Assembly (NCBI RefSeq): GCF_004010195.1 | Contig: NC_057720.1 | Span: 29,851,631 to 29,915,630, forward strand | Direction of reading: 5' to 3' | Length of the DNA: 64,000 bases | DNA from: Chiloscyllium plagiosum | Lineage: Eukaryota | Shown here: in pieces, positions 1 through 13,199 of the stretch | Numbering within the stretch: the first letter of the stretch is position 1 | How the letters are laid out: each line of letters opens with the position of its first letter | The notes under the pieces: generated by a model | Seen by the model: the letters and a program-made list of their open reading frames with translations, nothing else | Databases searched by the model: none | Told to the model about the DNA's origin: nothing | Translations under genes and position numbers: made by a program

Positions 1-289
1 CTGCGATATGATTGGCTGTTCACCTGACTTCTTAATATCACTGTCCTTAATGCCTGGTGATCCCTCTGACATGGTGCCAGATTCAAAACTATCATTAGGA
101 AAGGTAAGTGGGTGTATCAGAAGTTGATAAATCGTTATGAGCAGCTTTGTTTGAAGTCATTGGTGATCGCTGTTGTTTCACTGTTGATCTGGATGACTGG
201 GCCATGGTCGCAGATCGGTCATATTGAATTCTTAAGAAGCTTCACAGAGAAAATGTTTTGTTTAAACACTGTGGTATTTAATACGTAGG

Positions 290-1610
290 ATCGAGCTTTC
301 ATAATTAAAGGAGGCTATTGGGATGATAAGTACTTCTCGGCTTAATGGGTTGACATTATTTGGAATTCTTTACCCTACAAAAGGGTTGTTGTTATTCGTT
401 CGAGTAAATTCAAGAGGAACGTTGGTAGATTTGGGAGTACTAATGAAATTAAAAGATATGTTTTAATGCAGGAAAGTGGAGTTGAAATAAATCAACCATA
501 AACTTGTTCAATGGTAGAGGAGGCTTAATGAACCAAATGGCAGTTCGCCTCTTATGTTCTTACAGAGTGACCAAGTGATAACTCCTATTCTTATGTTCCT
601 CAAGATTTGATTTGTAACTAAAACAAATATTTGGCGTTTCTGGGGTCAAATAGGTCCTTGTTCTTAAAGTGTGTGAGGTTTTTTGCAATCTATATCCAAA
701 ATTATAAAATATTGAAGTGAAACTTACAACTACAATCCAGGCCAGAAAATCAGTGTATGGGATGTGATCTGGTATATAAGTTGTGAAGAGGAAAGAAAGA
801 AACTACAAAGAGATACAGACAGGTGACTGGGCAAGAAAATGGTAGATAGAATTAAACGTGGAGAACTGTGAAGTTATTCATTTTAATGGAGAAAATAGAA
901 AAGCAGAATACTTTGTAAAATGAGAAATATTGGTATTCGGAGTGACCTGGATGACTTATGCATGAATACCTAAAGTTAGCATCAGGCACAGCAAACAAAA
1001 ACAGTTGATACATTGTCCTTTAATACATAGTGATTGGGGTATAAGAATAAAAGAATGACAATTATATAGTTCCTTGTTAAGTTCCTTGCACTTGGAATAT
1101 TGTACATAGTGTTGGTCTTCTTACCTAAAGAAGGCATTTACTTTCCTTTGGAGTGCTGTGAATGTTCACTGGACTGATTCCTGGGCTCAGGTGGTTGCAC
1201 CAGGAGAAGAGATTATGTAAACTGTACCCAAAATTTTAGAGATTAGAAAAAGGACACATATGCTTCTTGAGAGGATAAATAAAGAAGGATTGCTTTGGGC
1301 TGGAGAGTCCAGGAGTAAGGCCACAGTCTTACTCTTAAATAGATGGGCCATCTATTTTAGACTGAGAGGAGAGGAATTTCTTCATTCAGACAACAGTAAA
1401 TCTTTGAAAGTTTATTTCTCAGAGGGCTGTCAATGCTCAATCATTGAGTTCAGTCAAGATATAGATTGATAGATTGTTGGTTACTAAGAGAATCAGTGCA
1501 TCAGTGGTGCTAATATACAAAGATGTCTTTGAGATGGAAGATTAGCCATGATCATATTGAATAGTGAGGCAGTATCAAATATCCAAATGGCCTGTGTCTA
1601 TTCCATTTGC
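290..1610 (+). mobile_element. Two heavily decayed CR1 3' fragments (about 290-600 and 790-1610)
   Basis: Remnants include CACTTGGAATATTGTACATAGTGTTGGTCTTCTTAC (HLEYCxQxWSP-like) and the tails ATTAGCCATGATCATATTGAAT...AATGGCCT and CTCTTATGTTCTTA. Confidence 0.65.
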
Positions 1611-4159
1611 ATGTCATATCTGGATTAAAGCATTCAAATTGAAAAACATAGCCAAGAAGATCAATGCACCAAACGTCATGACTGAAAGAAGTCTAAAGTA
1701 ATATTTCAAATTCTAAGCAAGATCTTTTGGAGACAATTTGTTAAAGTAGCTGTTTAGCTCTTTCCTAATATGTATTTCCATTGGTTCCCAAAATTAACAT
1801 TTTGGATATGGCTTCTTAGTCTGTTCACCAATTAGCTCGCCAGGTCAAACATTAGAGTCAATGTGTAGCTACCTCTACCATAACTATGTGCTGGAGACTA
1901 TCGAGAGTTAAAGACTTTTGTTTGCAATTCGTGTATAACGTGTATAACGTGGGAAGACCACATCAAGTGGTTAGAGGGAAACAAATCACTGGATATTATA
2001 ACCAATAATATCAGGGTTTATTTCTCATATCGAAGACCATCTGTTCCATCAGCTGAGCTGCGCGATAAGCTAGCTGTTGTAATTGAAAAAGTACAGCAAA
2101 GTTTTAAACGCTGGAATCCCTGAGCTCCATTCGTTTTAGATATTTTGAATTAACTTTTCCAGAGATGATATAACACACCTATGGAACGGTGAGACTGTAA
2201 CTTATGTCTTCTGACTCAGAGGCAGGGACATTGCCACTGTGCCACAGAAGTCCTAAGAGGAGACCCTGGTTTAGATTGCCCAAAACTGATTCCTATTTGT
2301 TCTTGCTAAACATTTCTAATCAACCTGGTCAAATATTTTATAACACACTCCCGGAGCCGGTGGGAAGTGAAACCGGGCACTTTAGCCGAGAGTTAGGGAC
2401 ATATCACTGCGCCTTCCTTTCGTTTAATGTTGTGCCATTCAATACACTTCAATGTGTTTATTATCCGTTACTCCCACCTTTAGTTTCACTTCGCTTTTAA
2501 TTTACAATTAAATTAATTCTCGTTGAATGCAATTCATCCCGAAAGGCAATTTTCATGATCATTTGATTTAATATAACAGCTATGTTTGCCAGGACAATTT
2601 TCAGAAGGCCAATAGGCTATGTTGGAGTTAAATATTTCTAATATAAGGCACTGAAAATGCTGTTTGCCTGCCGATCTCTGTTGGGAGTCGATGTCGCTTG
2701 CTGTGCTAACGATGACATTTGCTAAGTTTGCCTTTTCCGAAGAAGGCTGTCCCGCATACCGTTATATGTTGAAACCGCAGAAAATAGTTGTGGGTTGTAG
2801 ACCAATAAAAGGCCGAGATCATTTATTATTCTGTATTTGTTACACCTAACAAATTTTTAAACTTATTATAGTTTGAAGATCGCAGTCGCACCTTGAAGAT
2901 AAACTTAGACAGGATTCCACATTTTTGATCATTACTGTTGCACCAGTTCGTGTTGAGTAAAGACGCTTGGAAATCTAATTCAAACTTGGCCAACTTGCTT
3001 GGGGGGGACTGTTCAACAAGCATTCATTCTCCTGGTGTGGAGAAACCTAGGAGATTACTTTAACATTGTTAAGACCTGAATCACTTTATGGAGGAGAAGC
3101 ATGGCAATGAGACACGTGGAAATTGGAAATCTCTACATCAAATGTAAATGCATACCGATAGGAAATGTGACCGTAAATAACTAGACGTAGAGAAAGAGAT
3201 ATGTAGTAGACTTTCGCTTTAATTCCACCCACAGTATATTTCTCAGTTCCTCATCAACGCCACCTCACCTTTCCTTTAAATGAGTAACTTGTTTCTTTTC
3301 CACTGGAGTTGAAATTGCAGCAAGGTTGTTCTTGATACAGAAAGTCCACATCAGCTTTCTAGAATTTGAGTCTTCCTGCTTATCCTAACTCCCCCTGCTC
3401 GGCATACAGAGCTTCGATCACCAAGTTTCGAGTATGAGATGCAAAACTCTGCGTCAGAAAAAATAGGTCAGTAAGAAAAAACTCTCCGCAGTAATTGCTA
3501 CTCATCTAATAGCTGCATTGTTACATACCTAAGTAGATGAACTGCTTAGATAAGTTTCTTTATTCATTGTCTATCACACTTACTTGCATGCGAAGATATT
3601 TGTGTACACAAATGAACATATGTGGATGTCTAATGCATATGGCAAAATGACGAGGTTGTCCGCTGATGGCAGACCCATTTAAGCATTTAAGATTGCATTT
3701 AAAATGCTGCAAGTTACGCAACAGATGAACAGCGTTCTCCGTTATAGGCTAAAGAACCTGCAAACATTCGTGGGAGATAAAATTAATGCAACTTCCACCG
3801 CCGTCCTATTAACTACTTGCCTTTCTTGTTATTGAATCAAAGAAACTTACAACATAGAAATAAGTCATCCAGTCGATTACTATTGCGCTATCTGCATATG
3901 CCAGGCATCTGACCATTTCAATAGTCTATGTTCCTCAAGTGTGCTACTATCCTGTTCACGGTTTATTATGTTGTCATTGCCAAACTTCAAATTTCTATTC
4001 TCTGTATCCAAGTCCACGTCATTTATACAAAGCAAGAACGAGAATGACCCTTAGGCATCCCATTGCATATTTATTTCCCGTGGAAAAAGAATCAGCTCTC
4101 CATTACCCGCTTTTTTCCATTCCTCAGCCAATTACATACCCAAGTATTTGACTATTACT

Positions 4160-4485
4160 GAAAAAGACATGTTTTGTCAAACGTTAGCATCTTGCTGTCA
4201 TCAGGACAATTCACAGGAACACCAATTAAACCAGGATAACACCTGACAGCTGTTCACCGATTGATTTCTCGGGATAATGCCCCTGACCAATCAGAGTTAA
4301 AAATGAAAACAAAACCTGGCAGTTAGCTATCAATCATCATTGTCTCGTGCATTCTCCATGGCAATCAAAGCACACTTGCCTTTTCATCTCATGCAGTATA
4401 CATGTTGGCTCTCCCCTTGAATTGGTATTCTTGTGAATTGTCCACATGAGTACAAAAACAAAAAGCTTCAACAAAATCTGTTTTA
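4160..4485. mobile_element. Old inverted-repeat element, probably a third PLE-derived family
   Basis: GGACAATTCACAGGAACACCAATT (about 4204-4227) is a near reverse complement of AATTGGTATTCTTGTGAATTGTCC (about 4420-4443). The left arm has a minus-strand CTGATGA at 4198-4204. Confidence 0.5.
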
Positions 4486-5336
4486 TTTAATCTGCAATAT
4501 TCAAGTTCTGGATGACCAACTACTCAAAATGTTTCTTTCTGAGAGACAGTATTACCAATGGCAAAGTCAGCATTGATTAACCATTACTAATTGTATTTGA
4601 GCAGACAGCTTTGGACCACCATCCTAAAGCTGTCACAATCCCTTTATTAGCACACAGTTCCTTTTCTGAATAAGTTTGTTATGTGGGACTTTATTAAATG
4701 TTTAATAAGAGTCCAATTTCATAGTGTCTAGTATGCTACCTTTATCAATGAACCGCTACTTAATTAAATAAGTCATATTGATGATTAGCCAGACACAATT
4801 TGTTTTTACTAAATCTGTGTTGGTTCCTTCATTACTGCATGATTATCCAAATGAGAATCAATTGTTCCCTTGGCAATGGTGTCTCGTACTTTTCTACAAC
4901 TGATATTAGACTCGCTGGTGTGCAATTAACAGATTTATCCCTCCCCACCGTTTTGAGGATGTCTGTAACATTTTCAGATTTTTTGTCCAAGAGGAGAGTG
5001 GAATGGTTTTATTCATAGCTTCTGTTAATTCCACCTAGCTTCTTAAAATGTTTCCCATCTGGATCAGGTGACTTGTTTACTTCGATAGATGCCAACCAAT
5101 ATGGTATATCTCTCCGATATATATATAAGCTATTGGCAATGGCTACCTGTTTACCCCCATCCGACTATCACCCTCTCCTTCTGTGAAGAGTATTCATTCT
5201 GTGTCTGAGTTCTCCACGTTAGTTCGACAAGAAGGTTTCTGAAGTGATCCCACCATTCTTTTAATTATATACTTTATACTTCCACGAGGAGACGTTTTTC
5301 GCCTTTTGTGCACCCTAATCTGTGCTCATACTTTCT

Positions 5337-5625
5337 TCTGTAAGGAGAGAAAAGAGCTGACGTTTCGAGTCTAACTGACCCCTTAACAAACGTCAGCTCT
5401 TTTCTCTCCTTACAGATGCTGCCAGACCTGCTGAGATTTTCCAGCATTTTCTCTTTTGGTTTCAGATTCCAGCATCCGGAGTAATTTGCTTTTTATCTCA
5501 TACTTTCTTCGCCCTACTGATGTCTGCTCCCCATTTCCTGAAGAAGGGCTTATGCCCGAAACGTCGATTCTCCTGCTCCTTGGATGCTGCCTGACCTGCT
5601 GCGCTTTTCCAGCAACACATTTTCT
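5337..5625. mobile_element. Two adjacent PLE-derived fragments: a fold-back element (5337 to about 5495) and a hammerhead plus tail (5534-5625)
   Basis: A perfect 29-bp inverted repeat spans 5337-5365 and 5388-5416. It continues into TGCTGCCAGACCTGCTGAG...TCAGATTCCAGCATC. Confidence 0.75.
5534..5569 (+). ncRNA. Minimal hammerhead ribozyme motif (CUGAAGA variant)
   Basis: CTGAAGA(5538-5544)-A-GGGC-TTAT-GCCC-GAAA(5558-5561)-CGTCGATT. Position 7 of the hammerhead core is variable. Confidence 0.7.
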
Positions 5626-7051
5626 TCTCCCCCGACACACCGCCTGATTCTATATTTTACGTTACATTTCTCATAATCCTTTTTTTAAATTTAATATCTA
5701 TTCCTTTTGTCACCCGGGGTCACCATTGTTGGCTACCAGAACCTTCTTTCATTTGGGAGCCCCCTTGCTTTATACTGGCACTATTTCCGTCGTGAAAACT
5801 TGAAAGCTCATTGTGTTAAAGAAAGTCTACGAAAGAAACTCGCCACAGTTAACAATATTTTAGCGAATCAGAGTTTTAAAGCAAAGAAGCAAATTGTCTG
5901 GGCTGCTATGTAGCTAAATAAATATAACGCAAGCTAAGTTCTTGTTAAGTAAATGAGGCTTACATATAGTTCTGCCGGAAATAGAAGGTTTTAACTTTCT
6001 TTTGTTGGCTTTTGAATATGATGCTCAAATTCGGTGAGCTAAAGCGGCGTGTCTGGAACTCCTAAAACCGGTTTTGTTGCTGCATCTTACAGAGAGCTAT
6101 GTTGGAGTTTAAATACTCACTGCTAAAAGATAAAGAGACGTGTAAGAACATTTTACCACGCACCAGTGTCCACTAGCGTTAGAATGAGCAACGCTGATAG
6201 AAAACGAAATGGAAAAGGAAAATTAACAGGAAGAATAAGAACAAAGTTGACAGAAATTGATTGAACGCACCAGACAAACAAACAGATACCGAGGAGATGG
6301 AGATACCCGAACAAAAGAGGGAGTGAAACTATAGACCAAAAAGAACAGAAAAAGACAATTCTGGCTTGGACTAGTAGAAGGCTGATTCTGAGTGTCAATA
6401 TCTTACATTCTGAGCAAAGGAGAACCGGACAATGTTGAGAACGCAGAACCTTTCACGGGCTTACCGGCGCTATTGTCAAAAAGTACAATCGCGATTTCGA
6501 CGAAAGAGAGCTTTGCTATGTTAATAAGACGCACTCTGCACCTAGGAATATTGGCTCTGTCTTGCTTGATTGTATATGCACGACAATGGGGATAAATGTG
6601 AACCACACGGCAATTGTTAATATCCACAATGTCAAGTTCCCAACAACCCAGGTAGTAATGTGTCAAAGCTCCCACGTTCAAAAATCATATAAATTGGCTT
6701 GTATAAATATATCAAAATGCAAAAGCCCGGATCATAAATTTGCATGGTTGTGAAAATGTAATCAATAATAATATACCACGGTGTATCAACAATGCAGTTG
6801 AAACATATGGATGACGCCGACACGGATATTTCTATTGACAACTCTTTAAATGCGTCTTATTTAATCACTTATTCAGTTACTGTTCATTACGCGCAGTTTA
6901 ATTTAATATCAGGTGTGTTGTAGTTTAAATTCACTCTGCTCAGCAATATATTAAACATGATGTACATCCGAAATAGTCAGCTGATCTGACTGCTTCTTGT
7001 GAAGCGAATTCACGCTTCAGACCGTTTAATCTTTGACCCTTAGGTAGATCA

Positions 7052-7160
7052 TTCGAACAAGGGTAACCAACCAGAAAAGTTAACTCTCTTCCTCTCTCTG
7101 CAGAGGCTACCAGACCTGCTGAGCATTTCCATCATTTACTGTTCAGATTCCCAGCATCCT
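7052..7160 (+). mobile_element. Decayed PLE terminal fragment
   Basis: GAAAAGTTAACTCTC...CAGACCTGCTGAGCATTTCC...TTCAGATTCCCAGCATC resembles the right arms at 5388-5480 and 61407-61469. Confidence 0.6.
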
Positions 7161-8539
7161 TGATCATTTCCTCCTCTGTGAGATGTATGCCCCCTGTCTG
7201 TTTAAACGCTTTTGGAAATTGTTCTGTTTGCGTATGCTCATGTTGTTTGTGCAATGGTCTTACCTACGCTAAATGCTGAACCTATGGTTCTCTCTGTGTT
7301 GGCGGGTGTGCTACGTGTGCATTGATACTGGGGATGAGTGCGTGTGTGTAGGCCTATCTATCTAAAATTATGCGTGCATTTGTGAGCGGGTGCAATTGTA
7401 CCTTTACTACATTTCGATGAAACACATAAGTGGGTTAACTTTTAAGTAATTCCTCAGATAATTCTTAAATGGTCAAAAAAGCCCAGAGCCACGCCGTCCT
7501 GGATTTGAGGTAAAGAAGAAACTTGTCTGGTGAAAGTGGCATTTAAATTCCTTTGCCGCACACTGCTAGACAATCGTGTTAGGAACCATTCTAAGCTTAT
7601 ATAGAAAGCAACACTGTTGATTTAGTCAAGCTGCAACATTAGATATTTGGTTTTCTAATATATTCTTGGCCAATGCAGAGGTATACACAGTAGCACTTAA
7701 ACACTTCATCCGTTTGTGAATGTGTGTATACATTATGCAGAAATATGTTTATGCTTATGATGAACAACCACAAAAATAGACAGAAGCAAATAGCTCAAAA
7801 TATTCAAATAGTGTATTTTTTGCAGTCCGTAGGTACCAAGTATATACAATACAGCCAAAGTACACAGTATATACTCATGCCAATACGGTCAACCCCGCGT
7901 ATGCATGAACAGAGAGGGCACACATTCAAGGAATCCTTATATATTCCAGCCAAATTCAATTCGCACAACTGCAGTACTGAACACACGGAAACATGCACTC
8001 ACACAGCATACGCAGAAATGGACAGGTACAGTCCACCTCATGTTGCTAGGTACTACAAGCGCCACAATACGTGGAATTATATACATGTTCATAAACATGC
8101 ACCTTTTTCATTTGAAAGGGAAAGATCAAACCACTGTGTAAGACGTCAGTGGACTTTATCCTCAGCCTCAGCTCCTTTCATTTTGGATAATTGATTTTTT
8201 TCTGGCAATTCTTGGGAGCAATTTGTTACAGTTTTTAAGATGCTTTAAAATTGATCAAAAGGGTTTAGTGGCACTCAGCGCTGTGTGTTGGGGGTATGGG
8301 GGGATGCACGGAGATTTTTTTTTCTCTTACTGACGGTATTTAACTCCTTTGCCACAAACTGCTGACAAGTTGTTATTTTCCTACTGCCCAGTTCCAAAAA
8401 GCTGAATTCAAACCCAGTATAAGAATGAGGTTCGCATTTTTCCCCTTTTTTGTCTTTTTAAGGCTGTCAGAGTACGTTAGTCTCTCAGAAAATTAGTCGT
8501 TTGGATCATCTTCTTACCAAAACAAAATCTGAGCTTTTT

Positions 8540-8690
8540 AAAGCAATACCGGATTATAGCAAGAGGCTTTGTTTTGCTAAATCGAAGGATTAGAGAAGAT
8601 TTGCCACCATAACGTTGTGGTTTTATCGTCCTTTTATCCCTTCGTGTTGGTAAAGCTGTGTTGCTTCAGGATTAAGGTTTTACAAAGACC
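8540..8690. promoter_or_regulatory. Cluster of three K50 homeodomain (OTX/bicoid-type) sites, candidate enhancer
   Basis: GGATTA occurs at 8551, 8587 and 8669, all in the same orientation within 125 bp. Confidence 0.45.
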
Positions 8691-11600
8691 TTCCTTGTGC
8701 TGCTCTGAGGCAGATAGGTGCAAATCCACGGATATGGGAGGCTTGCCTAGGTTGCTCTTGGCCACAAATCCGCATGTAAATTCTCCTGCCGCCGGATCCA
8801 ATGGCTAGCAATATGGATTTTCTCTGTTCCATAGTCAAGTTTAGAAAAAAAAAGTTTATATGATGAGGCCTTTCGCATGGTTCTTTAAACCGCTAAGATC
8901 TTGAGCTTTTTTTTTAGTTTGCACGGCATCAAAAAATGTCAAGGTTCGAGCTCCCCAAAGCTTTATGAAAGAGAGGGGGCCTTTATTTCTACCCACGCAC
9001 ACTTGGTGATCAAGGTTTTCATCTAGAGCAGACGGTGTGTGCATTGAAGGGGCTTTTAAATGTAATTAAAGTCGCCGCCTTCAAAAACAGTTTTCTTTTA
9101 CAATGCTGTATAGATCATCGCAACCTAACTAGAGGTTAATAACAATAAATATTTAATTTCCCCTTGATATTTTGTACAAATCATATGCTGAATCAGTATC
9201 TAACTAATAAATCAGTTACACACTCCATATGTCGTATTCATGTTTGAAAATTCTGCTATTCTTTCCAACGGGCAGCTTTCTGTATGTCCCAAATTGTGCC
9301 AGGATATGACAGATTTCATGAAAGCAGGCATGCGTCTATCAGTGGTGCATTCTCTGAAAACTTATAAAACTATTTACTTTACCCCCTACTTTCACAAATA
9401 AATGGGTATCACTGAAATACAGTTAACTCTTCATTGTGGCTCTTGGTATACTGTCGCTGATGATACTGAGCTGACTATTCGTCCAAGAAATAAAAATAAA
9501 ACTTTCATAAGGTTGCCGATGTGCACCACTTGTTTCAAAATACACTCCCCACTGTCCAAAAAAAAAACTCTATAAACAAAGGTGGAGTTGGGAGAGCGGG
9601 GGATGGGGTTCTGGTGGGCGGATGCACGCACTAAACAAGCACACACGTTCACAGGCACTGAGACACGGACACCCCAACACAAAGAGACTGACGAAGCCTC
9701 ATGATGTTGAAAACTCCACAAGTTTCACTTAGGCTAGAAAACAACTCCAGAGAATCCGCCAATAGGGCTGGGTAGCCTACAACAAGCTGAAGAGAAGTTC
9801 TCCACACTGATTAGGTTGTCGCAGGACTTATTCCCTTATCTGTGAAATAATTTATGACGTACTGAAAGTCACTTTCCCACAACTGCAAATATACTCAATA
9901 AATCGAGTCATTCTATTGCTGGAGGTCCCTCGTAAATATAGGCTTGCTTCGTCTCTGTGACGTCTACTCAGACTGAGTTTCATATTGCGCGAATATTTTT
10001 TATGAAATTATGAACGATTCTTTTCCAACGTTACTGGGAATTAAACAACTCCAATGTAGTGGGCTTTGATTAAGGGAAAGCGAGATGCCAGTTCATCTCC
10101 TTATGCACAGCAACCTTCAAGAAACCACTTTGTCTTTAGCAAAGAGTATGAATATTCTAAAAGAGTCAAACACCTTCGATTTTGAGAGGATTTTATGAAA
10201 AGTTCCTGTAGTTGTTGAGTGAGACAAATGTTGCATCGTGTTTGAGTGAAAGCGGAGAGAGTGTTTTACTTAGTTATATCCGAATGTGTTTAAAAGTTCA
10301 CTTGTTTACCATTTAAGTTCTAGCCGAGATAAATGTCGCGTGTCAGATAATAGGAAAGTCTTTAAAAACCTATCTTAGGTGTCAACAAATTTTATCGGCT
10401 TTATTTTGCTTTTAAAACCTAAGTTTTGATGCTCTTTTTTGTAATAATGAACACAATGCGTATTGGGGATCCAAGGGGATCCAACGGTTGGGGGGAAAGA
10501 GAGGGAGAATGCCATTGACCGGTAAAAAGTCCTGACCCAAAGTAGTCTCTTAGATCATCAGCTGGCCAGAATTCTTCTCTCCAGGAACACTGCCATTACC
10601 AGCGAGAGGTAAACGGCCAGTCACACAGCAAGTGGCCTACATTAAGCATCTCTCAGGAGCACCGTCTCCAACATGTAATAAACATCGATTCTCGCTTTTC
10701 TTGATGCCCAATTTTAACTCACAAAGTACTTACTTCTTCAACCTTTGCACTTAACATTAATGGAGAACTCTAATTCGAGGGATGATCCCCACTTTGTATT
10801 TCTTTCTCGCTCTGACTTCAAGAAACACTTCCAGGTTTCCAACAATAATATTTGTATGATCCCTCTTTATGTATATGCAATGTTAATCCAGAGTGTTCGC
10901 TGGATTCTAATGAAAAATCGGGAGGTGTTTTTCCTTCGCATGCCCTGTAACCCTTTACACACAAGGTCTTTGCTATAGATTCGGTGTTTAATCAGGATTG
11001 TGGTTTCTGTTCGAGTACAATTATTGGAAGTCATCTATTGCTGCAAAACTAAGTATACAAGAGATCGTGGCAGGAGATAGAGGAAAGGAATTGTGCACGA
11101 ATACATCAGGACACACCAGGATGAGATATATGCTGTCCGGACTAACTGCAGCCTGTACATTAAGACTTGATTGTAATCTGTATCAATCAGAAATACAAGT
11201 TTGATCTTTTGGTCTTACGATCATCTATAGTTCTGTGCATCCCTTTCTATTCATCGAGATAAATGTTTCAAAATGTTCAATATTGTATTTCTGAGCCACA
11301 ACTTTCATAGTCGAACAGAGAACGGCGTTGGGAATGGCCGGTTTATGAACAAATGCGCGCAAATATACGGATTTATTTTGTTCCCAGTGCATCAATGCTA
11401 CGAGACAGATATGGATAGCACATTTTATCCCAATCATATGCTTAGATCTGTGAGAACAGGTTGGTTATCACACTATAGAGGAAACAATCAAAAGTCTTAT
11501 CTCCTGTTTTGAATTGAATATTTGGGGCGGGGACTTATAAAGACATTGGCAGTTCTTCTACCAGGCCTTCATTCAGTCCCATAAACTAGAGGCGAGGGGA

Positions 11601-13199
11601 AAGTTGTTTAATTATCGTTAGACGCTTTGTTAGACTGATGAGGTAATAAAAGTAATCAATGTTGGTAAGCTGGTTAGAAGCTATGTTTGTCTACTATAGC
11701 TATGAAGTCTAAAATGCCAATAATTATCTCACACGAGGAATGACAAATCGATACGGGGCAATGCGAAACACCAGATAGAAACGAAGGGAGGATAGGGGGA
11801 TAAAAAGTTTTGCAAACGTTTCATCAAGAAAGTCCTTTCCGTTCAGCAACTGTCGGTCGCCTCAGATTCAGGGAATAATGCTTAAAATAGTGATAACGTG
11901 AGGCCAAAAACACGACAGTATAACATGTCCATTGGCAGCAAATGCGCCACTGCCCGTCCAATCCTTCATTTAGAGACTGCACAAATATATTCAGCTTTCT
12001 ACAACATTAAGTGGACTCTTTGTCAGTCTAGCCTTTTCGGATGGAAATCATTTGTTTTCCTGCTATTTTCCTGCAAATGTGGTGAAAAGTGGGGGACTGT
12101 GCAGACTGCAACATACAATCCGCCACAACAACTGGGACTTCCGGAATTTGAAAGTCAAAGCTATATACGGTGCAAGTGCCTCATACATGAAATTTTGTTG
12201 TTGCCTAAGACCATTGATGTGGTTGGAAATTATTTGCTTTAAAGAATTTTTTTCTTAAAAAAAGTAACAAAATACTTGACGTCGCGCAGCGCGGTTATAC
12301 AGAACACCACTGCGTCTATGACATTCCAATCACCTTAAACTCCTTCTTTGGACAGTTATGAAAAGGAGAGGGGGGAAAATGAAAGAAAATGACATTCCAG
12401 TCACCTAAAACTTCCTTAAGTGAGATTAGAAGGAGAATTGGCGGCTCTTGTCATCAATAAAACGATTTTCTTTTGGTCGCTGTGTGAAGTACAGGTGTAG
12501 GAGTGGAGATCCTGGCTAACAGGTAGGTCTATTCATACAGCCCGCTGCCTAATTCTCCCACAGCCCTGCTCAGACGAAGCCGGCGCTAATAACATGTCGT
12601 GGAGATGGCTGCTGGCAAATTGCTTTGTTATTCTTGTCAGAAGAGGTCCCTAGGAACCAGTCAATTTTAAACGATACATCAAAATGATTAATTGCGTTTA
12701 AATGAGCAGCTGTTGGGTACCCTTGGACGGGCTGGATGCAAAGGGGAGATGCAGAAAAGAGCAAGGGGCTGCAAATATAATGTATTCATAAAGTAAAAGT
12801 GATTAGATCTATTAATTAGCTGACAGCCGCCAAGAGCTTTTTTTTTAGTTTCAGATGTTCAATTGTTGGGGAACAGGGTGGGGATGAAGGGAGAAGTGCA
12901 GGGGAAGGGGCTTGTAGAGTGTTGACCTTTCAGCTTTTCGGGTTCTTATTCTCCGTAAAAAAAAACAGAAAATCTGAGCAAAATATTATGGATGACACCA
13001 TAGCTCTCGTTGAAGGCCTTTTAACAACGTCGTTATTTTCTGTGCCCGAAGAAAGCAAGGGAAATAAAACAGCGTGAATGTAATAAATGGGACTTGAAGA
13101 GACCATGGGTAAAGGAAAGGATAAGTTTGTAAAACAAGGAAAGCAGTTTTTTTTTGGGTGAGGTCACCAGATAAAATATGTACAAGGCATGGAGGGAAT

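Noticed and set aside
101..110. Consensus donor AAGGTAAGT near the window start
   Set aside because: It is next to CR1 debris with no supporting exon or promoter visible.
2165..2415. Two diverged minus-strand tRNA-like heads (about 2165-2250 and 2338-2415)
   Set aside because: They look like decayed SINE-type fragments, too degenerate to call as tRNA genes or assign to a family.
7724..8194. 156-aa ORF
   Set aside because: It lies in low-complexity CA/TA-rich sequence with no recognisable domain or supporting exon structure.
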